Source: Gemmatimonadota bacterium (GTDB taxonomy: Bacteria > Gemmatimonadota > Gemmatimonadetes > Gemmatimonadales > GWC2-71-9). Taken from it: a stretch of DNA of 37,160 bases. Below are positions 27,196 to 36,037 of the stretch, piece after piece. The notes under the pieces are model-generated. The model saw only the letters and a program-made list of their open reading frames with translations, had not been told where the DNA came from and did not search any database. Positions within the stretch are counted from its first letter, which is position 1, and each line of letters opens with the position of its first letter. Both the position numbers and the translations under genes were made by a program. The DNA lies in contig JBDHAB010000039.1 of NCBI GenBank assembly GCA_039588295.1, forward strand, positions 1 to 37,160, written 5' to 3'.

Positions 27196-27872
27196 CAGCC
27201 ACAGACCTCGCGCGCGACATCGGGACGGTTCGAGCAGATTGCGTCAATACCGAGCGAGATCAGGGTTCGCATGCGATCCGGCTCGTCCACCGTCCACGCA
27301 AAGACCCGGACGTCCTGCGAGTGCGCACGGTCGGTCAGCGCTTGGTCCACCAGGGACGCTTGTTGCCACAGGACGTGGGCCCGAGCATCCCGGACCTGAT
27401 TCAACGGATCGATCGGATACGACGTAGACAGTACGCCGTACTGCAGCGACGGCCGCTGCTCGCGGAGTCGGCGTACGAGACGATGATCGAACGAGTGCAC
27501 CCGGACCTGTCGGGGTGCAGGAGCGCGGTCGAGCACGGCGAGCAGGGCGGCGTCGTGCTGCTGTGGCAGGTCCTTGACTTCGACGAACACCTCGAGCTGT
27601 TCGCCGAGGGCGGCGAACGCCTCCGTCAGCGTGGGGATCGGCTCGCCGTTCGGCAAGCGGTGCTTCCGGATCTCCGCCGCCGTCCGCTGCGAGATCATAT
27701 CGTGCCCTACCTGGGGATCGTGATGCACGACGGGAATCCCGTCGACGCTGACGTGTACGTCGAGTTCGACCCCGTCGGCGCCCATCGCTCGGGCCCTCCG
27801 AAACGCTGCCAGTGAATTCTCCACCTCGTACGCCGAGGCGCCACGATGCGCAACGACGAGCGGGGAATTCAC
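27195..27872 (-). CDS. Glycerophosphodiester phosphodiesterase family protein
   Basis: VAHRG, ENSLAAF, VELDV, VVHHD, VEVK, AWTVDE, ICSNRPD. Confidence 0.9.
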   Translation of the reverse strand: MNSPLVVAHRGASAYEVENSLAAFRRARAMGADGVELDVHVSVDGIPVVHHDPQVGHDMISQRTAAEIRKHRLPNGEPIPTLTEAFAALGEQLEVFVEVKDLPQQHDAALLAVLDRAPAPRQVRVHSFDHRLVRRLREQRPSLQYGVLSTSYPIDPLNQVRDARAHVLWQQASLVDQALTDRAHSQDVRVFAWTVDEPDRMRTLISLGIDAICSNRPDVAREVCG

Positions 27873-28663
27873 GATCCGCGGAATTGGGGAGCGCGCTTGT
27901 CCAGAAACGCCAGCAGGCCTTCCCGGGCATCGTCGCTCCGGAAGCAGCGAAGCTGATGGTCCAATTCCATATCCAGCATCGCGTCGAGGTTCTCCGACGC
28001 GCTGGCATTGACAGCGCGTTTGGCCAGCGCCAGCGCGAGCGGCGGTTTGGCGGCCAGCCGCCGCGCGTACGCGTCGGTCTCGGCGGCCAGCGAATCGTGC
28101 GCGACCACGCGATTGAACAGCCCCAGCCGCTTCGCCTCTTCAGCCTCGATCATCTCGGCAGAGAAGATCAGCTCGAGCGCCTTCGACGATCCGACCAGAC
28201 GAGGCAACAGGTAGGTCCCGCCCCAGTCGGGATGCAAACCGATACGGTTGAATGTCTGACCGATCGACGCCCGGTCGGACGCGATGCGCACGTCGCAGGC
28301 CAGCGCCAGGTTCGCTCCCCCACCCGCCGCGGGTCCATTGACACTCGCGACCACGGGCTTGGGCACCGATCGGATGGTCGTGACGACGGCGCGACCCGCC
28401 TCGACGAGTGCGGCAAACGCCTCGGTGTCGCGCCGCTCGAGCAACTCCCGCATATACCCGATGTCGGCGCCGGCGCAGAACGCTCGTCCCGCACCCGTTA
28501 CCACCAGCACGCGGACCGTATCGGATTCCGCGACGGCCCGCACGGCGTCCGCGACCTCGTGACGCATGCGCCCCGCGAACGCATTCAGCTTGTCGGGACG
28601 ATTCAGCGTGATGGTGCCGATCCCGTCACGAATCTCCACGAGGACGTGCTCATACCCGCTCAT
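27869..28663 (-). CDS. Enoyl-CoA hydratase/isomerase (PaaG-like epoxide/oxepin isomerase)
   Basis: AFCAGAD, GPAAGGGANLAL, IGLHPDWGGT (Asp-type, lacking the hydratase Glu pair); start at ATG 28663. Confidence 0.8.
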   Translation of the reverse strand: MSGYEHVLVEIRDGIGTITLNRPDKLNAFAGRMRHEVADAVRAVAESDTVRVLVVTGAGRAFCAGADIGYMRELLERRDTEAFAALVEAGRAVVTTIRSVPKPVVASVNGPAAGGGANLALACDVRIASDRASIGQTFNRIGLHPDWGGTYLLPRLVGSSKALELIFSAEMIEAEEAKRLGLFNRVVAHDSLAAETDAYARRLAAKPPLALALAKRAVNASASENLDAMLDMELDHQLRCFRSDDAREGLLAFLDKRAPQFRGS

Positions 28664-29865
28664 CCACGCTCCACGATCATCGCAATCCCCTGACCCACGC
28701 CGATGCACATGGTCGCGAGTCCCCAGCGCCCTCTCGTGCGATGGAGGGCGTGCACCAACGTGGTGAGGATCTTCGCCCCGGTGGCGCCCAGCGGGTGCCC
28801 CAGTGCGATTGCCCCGCCGTAGATGTTCACCCGGGCGGGGTCGAGATCCAGCTCGCGGATGCAGGCCAGCGCCTGCGCCGCAAAGGCTTCGTTCAGCTCG
28901 ATCACATCCAGATCCTGAATCCCGAGACCCGCGCGATCGAGCGCCTTCTTGGTCGCTGGAATGGGTCCAAGGCCCATGCACGACGGATCCACCCCAGCCA
29001 CCGCGCTCGCGACCACGCGTGCCAACGGCTCGCTGCCGTCGGGGTGCGGTGCCGAACCGGACAACAGCAGCAGGGCGGCGGCGCCGTCGTTGATGCCACT
29101 CGAGCTTCCCGCCGTGACCGTCCCGCCCTTGACGAACGCGGGGTCCAGGCGGTGCAGCTGGTCGAGCGTGACGTCGGGGCGCGGATGCTCGTCGGTCGAT
29201 ACGGTCGCGACCGTCGCGCGATGCTGCGGCACGGGCACCGGCACGGTCTCATCATCGAACACGTGCGCGTCCAGGGCAGCCTTGGCACGCCGCTGGCTCT
29301 CCAAGGCAAAGGCGTCCTGGTCTTCACGGGTGATCTGGTACCGCTGTGCCACCTCCTCGGCGGTCGCACCGAGCGAGATCGTCCACTCGGTCGGCATGCG
29401 CGGGTTCACGAATCGCCACCCGAGAGTGCTGTCGGCGAGGTCGGGCGCCCGTCGATCCCACGCCGTTCCCCGCTTGAGCATGACGTACGGCGCCCGCGTC
29501 ATGCTCTCCACGCCGCCCGCCACGAACGCCTCGCCCTCGTCGGCCTTGATGGCGTGCGCCGCGGACGCCACGGCCTGGAGGCCGGACCCGCACAGCCGGT
29601 TCACGGTCTGGCCCGGGACATCCACGGGAAAGCCGGCCAGCAATGCTGCCATGCGCGCCACGTTGCGGTTGTCCTCGCCAGCCTGATTCGTGCAGCCGAG
29701 GATGACATCATCGAGATTGCCGGGGTCGAACCCTACCCGGTCCACGGCGGCCTTGAGCACGAGGGCGGCGAGGTCGTCCGACCGGACGGCGGCCAAGGCG
29801 CCGCCATGGCGACCCACGGGGGTGCGGACGGCTGAGTAGATGTATGCCTGTCTTGGCTTGGTCAC
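28660..29865 (-). CDS. Acetyl-CoA C-acyltransferase (thiolase, PcaF/PaaJ-like)
   Basis: NQAGEDNRNVAR, NRLCGSG, NEAFA, GHPLG, CIGVGQG; GTG start 29865 overlaps the ALDH stop. Confidence 0.92.
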   Translation of the reverse strand: MTKPRQAYIYSAVRTPVGRHGGALAAVRSDDLAALVLKAAVDRVGFDPGNLDDVILGCTNQAGEDNRNVARMAALLAGFPVDVPGQTVNRLCGSGLQAVASAAHAIKADEGEAFVAGGVESMTRAPYVMLKRGTAWDRRAPDLADSTLGWRFVNPRMPTEWTISLGATAEEVAQRYQITREDQDAFALESQRRAKAALDAHVFDDETVPVPVPQHRATVATVSTDEHPRPDVTLDQLHRLDPAFVKGGTVTAGSSSGINDGAAALLLLSGSAPHPDGSEPLARVVASAVAGVDPSCMGLGPIPATKKALDRAGLGIQDLDVIELNEAFAAQALACIRELDLDPARVNIYGGAIALGHPLGATGAKILTTLVHALHRTRGRWGLATMCIGVGQGIAMIVERG

Positions 29866-31295
29866 CGCAATCCGACCCACACCGTCTTGGTCTCGGTGTA
29901 GCCGTCGAGCGCTTCACGCCCGAGGTCGCGGCCGAAGCCGCTGGCCTTGAACCCGCCGAACGGCGCGGCAGAGTCGTAGAGATTATAGGTGTTGATCCAC
30001 ACGGTTCCGGCCCGCACCGCGCGCGCCACCCGAAATGCCTTCCGGATGTCCTTGGTCCAGATACCGGCGGCGAGGCCGTACATGGTCTGGTTGGCGAGCC
30101 GGATGCCCTCATCGAGGTCCTCGAAGGCGACCACTGCCAGCACCGGCCCGAAGATCTCCTCGTCCACGATGCTCATGCCGGGGCGCGCACCGTCGAACAC
30201 GGTGGCCTCGACGAAATACCCCTTGCCGTTGAGTTGGGCTGGGTTGCCGCCAACCACCAGCTTCGCGTCGCGCTTTCCGTCGGCGACATACGATAACACC
30301 TTGTCCTGCTGTCGCTTAGACGCAAGGGCGCCGAGCCGGGTGTTGCTGTCGAAGGGGTCGCCGGGGACCAGCTTGGCTGCGCGGGCGACGAGCTGCTCAA
30401 CAACCTCGTCATGGACTGACTGTTCAACCAGTAGCCGAGACCCGGCTGCACAGACTTCGCCTTTGCCGTAGAAGATCCCGGTTTGCGCGCCGCGCACCGC
30501 CGCCTTCAAATCGGCGTCGGCAAAGATGATGTTCGGGCTCTTGCCGCCCAGTTCGAGCGTCACGCGTTTCACCGAATCGGCGGCTTCCCGCATGACCTGC
30601 TGGCCGACGGCCGTCGATCCGGTGAAGGCGATCTTGTCGACGGCCGGATGTCGCACCAGGGCGGCGCCGGTGGTGGGGCCGTCCCCCGGAGTGACGTTGA
30701 AGGCCCCCGGCGGGAATCCGGCGTCCGTCATGACCTCGGCCATCGCCAGGGCCGTGAGCGGCGTCTCGGGCGCCGGCTTGAGCACGACCGTGCAACCCGC
30801 GGCGAGTGCGGGCGCGACTTTCCAGGAGGCCAGGTTGAGTGGGAAGTTCCACGGCACGATGGCGCCCACCACACCCACCGGCTCCCGCGTGGTGTACACC
30901 AGGTCCGGGCCGTTCACCGGCAGCACGGTTCCACTCACCTTGTCCGCCCACCCGCCGTAGTACTTGAGTGTCTCCACCGTGGACGCCACGTCGATCTTGG
31001 ATTCGAACAGCGGTTTGCCGTTCTGCCGGGTCTCGAGCTCGGCGAATTCTTTGCGGCGCTCGTCCAGCAGTTCACCGGCCCGGTGGAGCAGGGCACCGCG
31101 CTTTCGCGGAGACAGCGTCTGCCACTCGTCGGACTCGAACCGGGCGCGCGCGGCGCGCACCGCTTGGTCGACATCCTCGGGCCCGGCCGACGCGACGTCG
31201 GCGAGGACCTCCTCGGTTGCGGGGTTCACCACCTCGAGCGTGTGGCCCGAGGTGGCTTCCCGCCATTCGTTGTCGATGAAGAGCGCGGTCCGCAC
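29862..31295 (-). CDS. NAD(P)-dependent aldehyde dehydrogenase
   Basis: IVPWNFP, KPA, FTGS, LELGGKSP, GEVCAAG, EEIFGP, PFGGFKASG. Confidence 0.95.
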   Translation of the reverse strand: MRTALFIDNEWREATSGHTLEVVNPATEEVLADVASAGPEDVDQAVRAARARFESDEWQTLSPRKRGALLHRAGELLDERRKEFAELETRQNGKPLFESKIDVASTVETLKYYGGWADKVSGTVLPVNGPDLVYTTREPVGVVGAIVPWNFPLNLASWKVAPALAAGCTVVLKPAPETPLTALAMAEVMTDAGFPPGAFNVTPGDGPTTGAALVRHPAVDKIAFTGSTAVGQQVMREAADSVKRVTLELGGKSPNIIFADADLKAAVRGAQTGIFYGKGEVCAAGSRLLVEQSVHDEVVEQLVARAAKLVPGDPFDSNTRLGALASKRQQDKVLSYVADGKRDAKLVVGGNPAQLNGKGYFVEATVFDGARPGMSIVDEEIFGPVLAVVAFEDLDEGIRLANQTMYGLAAGIWTKDIRKAFRVARAVRAGTVWINTYNLYDSAAPFGGFKASGFGRDLGREALDGYTETKTVWVGLR

Positions 31296-32105
31296 CTAGG
31301 CGCCCTTGAACGCGGGCGTCCGCTTTTCGAGGTACGCCGCCAGTCCTTCGCGGGCATCCTCACTCTGGAATAGCTGTTGCTGTAGTTCGCGCTCGATTGC
31401 AAGGCCGCTCTCGAACGGCACTTCGCAGCCGGAGCACACGGCACGCTTGATGTGTCCCACCGCCTTCGCTGCCTTGAGCGGCGGAACGAACTGGCGGGCA
31501 TACGTCATCACCTCATCCCAGTACGTGTCCTTCGAAAAGACCTGATTCACGAGTCCGATGTCCTTGGCCTCTTCGAACGAGAACAGCGTGCCGGTAGCCA
31601 TCATCTCGATCGCGCGCGACTTGCCGACGATTCGCGAGAGGCGCTGCGTGCCACCCGTTCCGGGCAACACGCCGAGGTTCACCTCGGGCAATCCGATCTT
31701 GCCGGCGTCCTTGCACGCGAGTCGAAGGTCGCACGCCATGGCGATTTCGAGACCGCCGCCGACCGTGTGACCGTTGAGAGCGCCGATCACCAGCTTGGGC
31801 GTGTGCTCGAGGCGGTTCAGCGTCTCGTTGGCATGGAGGCAGAAGAAGTACTTGAAGCGGGGCGTCACCTCGTTGAGCATCGAGATGTTGGCTCCGGCGC
31901 AGAAGAACTTGTTACCCTTGCCGCGCAGCACGATCACGTGAACGTCGTCGTTCATACGCGCGTCCAAGATCGCACGCTCCAGCTGCCTCATCATGTTGTA
32001 CGTGTAGGTATTCGCCGGGGGGTCGCACAGCTCCATGATTGCGACTCCATCTTCGACGCGGTACTCCACCAGCGTCTCGTCTGTCGGTGCACCCCAGTCT
32101 GTCAT
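31296..32105 (-). CDS. Crotonase-family protein (third copy; candidate ring-opening hydrolase)
   Basis: FFCAGANI, GHTVGGGLEIA, LPEVNLGVLPGTGGTQRL; distinctive DPPANTY and FCLHANETL segments. Confidence 0.85.
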   Translation of the reverse strand: MTDWGAPTDETLVEYRVEDGVAIMELCDPPANTYTYNMMRQLERAILDARMNDDVHVIVLRGKGNKFFCAGANISMLNEVTPRFKYFFCLHANETLNRLEHTPKLVIGALNGHTVGGGLEIAMACDLRLACKDAGKIGLPEVNLGVLPGTGGTQRLSRIVGKSRAIEMMATGTLFSFEEAKDIGLVNQVFSKDTYWDEVMTYARQFVPPLKAAKAVGHIKRAVCSGCEVPFESGLAIERELQQQLFQSEDAREGLAAYLEKRTPAFKGA

Positions 32106-32205
32106 CTGTTGCAGTCCTCCATGTGGGAAAGGCTCACCTCGAGGCGTTCGTGCCCTGAGGATGGTTCACGGTGATGTGGCGCACACGCGCCGCCGGCCCG
32201 CCGGC

Positions 32206-32400
32206 TCACCCGGAAGTGTCCCGCCGCAGGAAACCGGGAAGATCGAGCGGATCCTCCGCATCGCCCCATTTTATCGCCTCGAACGACGAACGGCACGCAC
32301 GGCAGTAGTGCAGCCGGACCATGAGCGACGTGCTGAAATCCGACCGTTTCTCTGTGTCAGTCGAATGGCAGAAGGGGCAGGGGATCGCTGGCGCGCGCAT
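32206..32400 (-). CDS. Stand-alone PaaD-type zinc-ribbon protein
   Basis: CPFC.S.DT...SDFS......CRAC...FEAIK parallels the PaaD C-terminal ribbon; TAATG overlap with the paaC-like gene. Confidence 0.7.
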   Translation of the reverse strand: MRAPAIPCPFCHSTDTEKRSDFSTSLMVRLHYCRACRSSFEAIKWGDAEDPLDLPGFLRRDTSG

Positions 32401-33221
32401 TAGCTCAGCTTGAAGACTTCGTTCTTGCTGCCACGCAGGTGAAACAGGATCTCATCATCGAGGCGGCCGCCACCGATTCGTCGGTTGCCGGGGGTCCAGT
32501 CCCCGAACCCCGCTGCCTCGCCTGCGCGGACCGCCAGGCCGACCTCCCGCGCGAGACCCGTCACGTCTTGGACCACTGCGGCGTGAATCCCCCGGTTGTC
32601 CATTGCCTTGATGTCGGCGGCGACGAGGGCCTGGTCTTCCGGCTCGTCGTTCGGGCCGAACCACTCCGCGATGGAGCCGAGTGCCGCGTGCACATAACCC
32701 TCGAGCGCCTCACGGGTCTCGTCGCCGCGCCCGGCCATTGTGCGCAGCCATCCGCGGCCGTGGTGCAGATGATACCGCTCTTCGTCGAGCATCTTGTCGA
32801 CAGACACACGCACCGGCACAAAGGACGACTGGCGCAACGCGTGTAACGTGCGGGCTACCGCAAGGTCGACGACGTAGTTCATCGCGACGAACGCGGGCCA
32901 GTCGGGGATCGGGCGGTCGAGAAACGAGATGTTGGCGAACTCGGTGGGTGCGCGCCCGTCCACCAGGTGATCCGGATCAACGCCGCAGTGCTTGGCGAGG
33001 ATGGCGTGAAGGAGACGGACGTGCCCCAACTCCGCCTGGGCCAGCGAACAGCTGGCGACGGCGGCCTCCAACTCCGGCGTGCCGAACGTCCACTCACCGT
33101 AATGATAGCCGAGCAGAAGTTTCGTGTCCGCGCAGGCCAGCAGCAGGTGCCGCAGGCCCTGGGCGCACTCGGCGCTCATGTCCTTGGTCGATTCGAACTC
33201 GACCGCCATGGAATTCGTCAT
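32400..33221 (-). CDS. paaC: PaaC-like structural subunit of an aryl-CoA epoxidase (ferritin-like)
   Basis: ADTKLLLG..YGEW..G.PELEA, ELGH, DEERYH. Confidence 0.8.
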   Translation of the reverse strand: MTNSMAVEFESTKDMSAECAQGLRHLLLACADTKLLLGYHYGEWTFGTPELEAAVASCSLAQAELGHVRLLHAILAKHCGVDPDHLVDGRAPTEFANISFLDRPIPDWPAFVAMNYVVDLAVARTLHALRQSSFVPVRVSVDKMLDEERYHLHHGRGWLRTMAGRGDETREALEGYVHAALGSIAEWFGPNDEPEDQALVAADIKAMDNRGIHAAVVQDVTGLAREVGLAVRAGEAAGFGDWTPGNRRIGGGRLDDEILFHLRGSKNEVFKLS

Positions 33222-33242
33222 ACTGGATGCGGCATGTCGAGA

Positions 33243-33458
33243 TCAGTTACCCCACACCGGCAACCGCCCCTCGTTGGTGATCGGGATGATGGCATCGCGC
33301 GGGACCACACACATCTCGATCCAGCGCTCTTCATCGTACAAGGTCCACGCGTACGCCTTTGCCAGCTCGTCGTCCGTGGCGTTGACGCTGCCGACGTGCT
33401 TGAGCTCCTCGTCGTGGCTCTTGCGCGCGAACACCTCATAGACCTGTGGCTGAGTCAT
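33243..33458 (-). CDS. paaB: PaaB-like small subunit
   Basis: YEVFAR...HVGSVNA.DDELA...A...Y......VVPR.AI; start at ATG 33458. Confidence 0.8.
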   Translation of the reverse strand: MTQPQVYEVFARKSHDEELKHVGSVNATDDELAKAYAWTLYDEERWIEMCVVPRDAIIPITNEGRLPVWGN

Positions 33459-33471
33459 CACCGCTACGCTC

Positions 33472-33783
33472 CTAGCTGACGACGCCGTACATGGCGAGCA
33501 CCCGGCGCCCGCGGTCACTGATACGATTCTTGGTCCACGGCGGATCCCAGACGATCGCCACCTCGACGTCGTCGATTCCATCCACGGCGACGACCGCTTC
33601 CCGGACGTCGGTGACGATCATGTCGATGGCCGGACAGCCGATCGACGTGAAAGTCATTGTGACGTGCGCCCGAGTGCCCGCGATGGCGACGTCATAGATC
33701 ATTCCCAGATCGACGACGCTGAGCGGAAACTCGGGATCCGTGACGGACTGGAGCGCCAGCCACACGTCGTTGCTAGTTGCCAA
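33472..33783 (-). CDS. paaD: DUF59/PaaD N-terminal (metal-cluster assembly) protein
   Basis: V.DPE..LSVVDLG, TFTSIGCPA, WDPPWT..RIS; start uncertain (TTG 33783 or 33801). Confidence 0.8.
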   Translation of the reverse strand: MATSNDVWLALQSVTDPEFPLSVVDLGMIYDVAIAGTRAHVTMTFTSIGCPAIDMIVTDVREAVVAVDGIDDVEVAIVWDPPWTKNRISDRGRRVLAMYGVVS

Positions 33784-34717
33784 CGTAACTCCGGAACGCA
33801 CCGTGAATCATCTCCACATAGCGCTCATTCATCGGTCCGCGGTCCTTCCACCGCTCGAAGACCTGGTCCCAGGTCAGCGGTTGGTCATATAACCAGCGCT
33901 TGTCATCCGCATTGTACTGGCACGGGAACGGGAAGTCGATGACGTAGTGCTTTGTGGACTCGTCGTAGTGGGCGGGAACATCGATGCCGATGCCCTCACA
34001 CAGTGGCACGGTCGCCGCCATCCAGGTTTGTCGGAGTTGGTCGTTGGTCTTGCCCTTGAGACGATAGGCCAACTGGCCGCTGTGCCGCTTGAGATCGTCG
34101 GGGAGACCAAACCACTCGAGCGTCATCGGGAACATCCAGTCCACCGCGCGCTGCAACGCCTCCTTGGCCTCGCCTCCGGCCTTCGACAGTCGCTTCATCC
34201 ACGACTCTCCGTGACGTAGATGCAAGACTTCCTCCCGATCCACCTTGACCAGCGCGCGCTTCAGCGGCCCGTAGCTCGTGTGTTGGTGGACGTCGGAGAG
34301 CAGCGTAATCCCCGCTCGATCGAAGAATCCGTTGGCCACCACCATCTCGGCCCAGTTCTCTAACGCTTGGTCGAACCCGTACGGATGCTTGAACTCGGCG
34401 GGCTGCCGGCCGTAAATCAGCCGATGTTTGTCGACGCCCAGGTCCTCCATGATCCGATAGGCGATGTTGGCATGGCCGAGCTCGTCATGCACGATCGCGG
34501 TCACGGCGATGCGGCTGTTGATGGTCGGGGCGTCGCGGGCCGCGAGGTAGTAGGCCGGCGCACTCATGAGCTCGGTGTCGCCCTGCACGGTCAGCTGGGT
34601 GAGCAGCGCCTTCTTGTAGCCCGGCGTCATGTCCTCCTCGGATTCGAGCATAAACCCGCCGTTGATCCTGTCGATCAACGCTTGCTCCGCGGGATCGCGC
34701 GGTGTCCGCTTCGCCAT
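33773..34717 (-). CDS. paaA: PaaA-like di-iron catalytic subunit of an aryl-CoA epoxidase
   Basis: GDTE, DAPT, DELGH, TSYGP, EEVLH, FG.PD, KTNDQLRQ.W. Confidence 0.8.
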   Translation of the reverse strand: MAKRTPRDPAEQALIDRINGGFMLESEEDMTPGYKKALLTQLTVQGDTELMSAPAYYLAARDAPTINSRIAVTAIVHDELGHANIAYRIMEDLGVDKHRLIYGRQPAEFKHPYGFDQALENWAEMVVANGFFDRAGITLLSDVHQHTSYGPLKRALVKVDREEVLHLRHGESWMKRLSKAGGEAKEALQRAVDWMFPMTLEWFGLPDDLKRHSGQLAYRLKGKTNDQLRQTWMAATVPLCEGIGIDVPAHYDESTKHYVIDFPFPCQYNADDKRWLYDQPLTWDQVFERWKDRGPMNERYVEMIHGAFRSYVGN

Positions 34718-34722
34718 GCTAG

Positions 34723-35319
34723 CTACCCTCCGTGGGGGACCGATGTCGGCGTGGGAAGAACGCCGTGCAGAAAGAGATTCGAGAACCGCTCGGCGAGCGC
34801 CTCGGGCGCGATCGGACCGCTCGGGTCGTACCAGGTATAGATCCAGTTCATGGTGCCGAACAGTGCATACGCGGCAACCCGACTGTCCAGCGCCGTGTGA
34901 GGGGCGAACCGCACCTCCTCGAGCAACCGCTCCAGCAGTGCCACGTGGCGTCGCTTGAGGGCGTCGATGACCGCCTGGCGCTCCGAGGAGAGACTCCAGG
35001 CTTCGTGCGACAGGACCTTCATCTCATCCATGTGCTCGGCGAAGAAGGTCACGTGGTGGTGCACGAACCGTCGCAATCGGTCGACCGCATCCGTTCCGGC
35101 CCGAACCGCGTCTTGTGCTTCGTCGAGCACCCGGGCAAAACAGCGTTCCTGAATGCGGAACAGGAGCTCGTCCTTCCCGCTCACGTAGTAATACATCCCC
35201 GCCAGGCTCATCCCCGTCACGCGTGACAACTCACGCATGCTGGTAGAGTGAAACCCTTTTGCAGCAAAGGCTTGCGCTGCTCTGCTGAGCAAGTACTCGA
35301 GGCGCTCGTCGTAGGTCAC
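34723..35319 (-). CDS. TetR-family repressor, PaaR/KstR2-like
   Basis: AAQAFAAKGFHSTSMRELS..GMSLAGMYYYVSGKDELL; C-terminal GTMNWIYTWYDPSG; start set at GTG 35319. Confidence 0.9.
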   Translation of the reverse strand: MTYDERLEYLLSRAAQAFAAKGFHSTSMRELSRVTGMSLAGMYYYVSGKDELLFRIQERCFARVLDEAQDAVRAGTDAVDRLRRFVHHHVTFFAEHMDEMKVLSHEAWSLSSERQAVIDALKRRHVALLERLLEEVRFAPHTALDSRVAAYALFGTMNWIYTWYDPSGPIAPEALAERFSNLFLHGVLPTPTSVPHGG

Positions 35320-35327
35320 AGCATTGT

Positions 35328-35378
35328 CCGAACGTTCGTTCGGTCCCAAAACCTAGTAAGTCGGTCGGGATTGGTCAA
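35328..35378 (-). promoter_or_regulatory. Promoter of the paa-like operon with a PaaR-type operator at the predicted start site
   Basis: On - strand TTGACC (35378-35373), 17 bp, TAGGTT (35355-35350); pseudopalindrome CCGAACGTTCGTTCGG 35328-35343. Confidence 0.7.
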
Positions 35379-35439
35379 CGGGCCCAGGCGCCACAGCAAG
35401 GCACCCTGCGGCCCGGGCCTCACATCCACCCGACCGCAT

Positions 35440-35466
35440 TAACTTTGGCCCCTATGCCACGTCAGA
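35440..35466 (+). promoter_or_regulatory. Putative ECF (RpoE-like) autoregulated promoter
   Basis: TAACTT 35440-35445, 16 bp, TCAGA 35462-35466; GTG start at 35473. Confidence 0.45.
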
Positions 35467-35472
35467 CGGGGT

Positions 35473-36021
35473 GTGACGGTGCCTGAGGCGCAGCTGGGCG
35501 AGACCGATCAGGAGCTGATCGCCGCATGGCGCCAGGGGAGCGAGGCGGCGGCGACCGAGCTCGTGCGGCGGCATACGCCGGCAGTGGCCCGGTTTCTGGC
35601 GGCAGCGGGGGCGCGAGAAGACCTGGACGACCTGGTCCAGGAGACCTTCTTCCGAGCGTTTCGCAAGATCGGCAGCTACCGCGGCTCGGCGAGTTTTCGG
35701 ACCTGGCTGGTTGCGATCGGGTCGAACGCCCTCAAGGATTTGCGTCGCAGAGGGCGGTCCCGTACGGTGTTGTCGATCGAGGAACGGGACATTCCAGATG
35801 CGGGCAACGACCCGCACGCGGTGGCGGTCGAGCGGGACTTGGTGGCACGGCTAGAAGAGGAGGTGAGCGCGCTCCCGCCAATGCAACGGAACGTGTTCCT
35901 GCTGCGGGCACAACAGGGTGCAGAATACGAGGAGATCGCCACGGCACTCGGCACGTCGGTTGGAGCGGCACGAGTGCATTACCATCAAGCGGTGAAACGG
36001 CTGAAAGCCGTGTTACAATGA
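35473..36021 (+). CDS. ECF RNA polymerase sigma factor
   Basis: DDLVQETF, FRTWLVAI, LPPMQRNVFLL...YEEIA..LG.SVG. Confidence 0.93.
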   Translation: MTVPEAQLGETDQELIAAWRQGSEAAATELVRRHTPAVARFLAAAGAREDLDDLVQETFFRAFRKIGSYRGSASFRTWLVAIGSNALKDLRRRGRSRTVLSIEERDIPDAGNDPHAVAVERDLVARLEEEVSALPPMQRNVFLLRAQQGAEYEEIATALGTSVGAARVHYHQAVKRLKAVLQ

Positions 36022-36037
36022 GGATGGGGTGTCTGAG

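Noticed and set aside
7723..31373. Many long antisense/alternative-frame ORFs (e.g. 7723-8949, 9884-11254, 16311-17579, 23161-24318, 24546-25802, 28741-29835)
   Set aside because: They overlap well-supported genes and lack motifs; expected shadow ORFs in high-GC DNA
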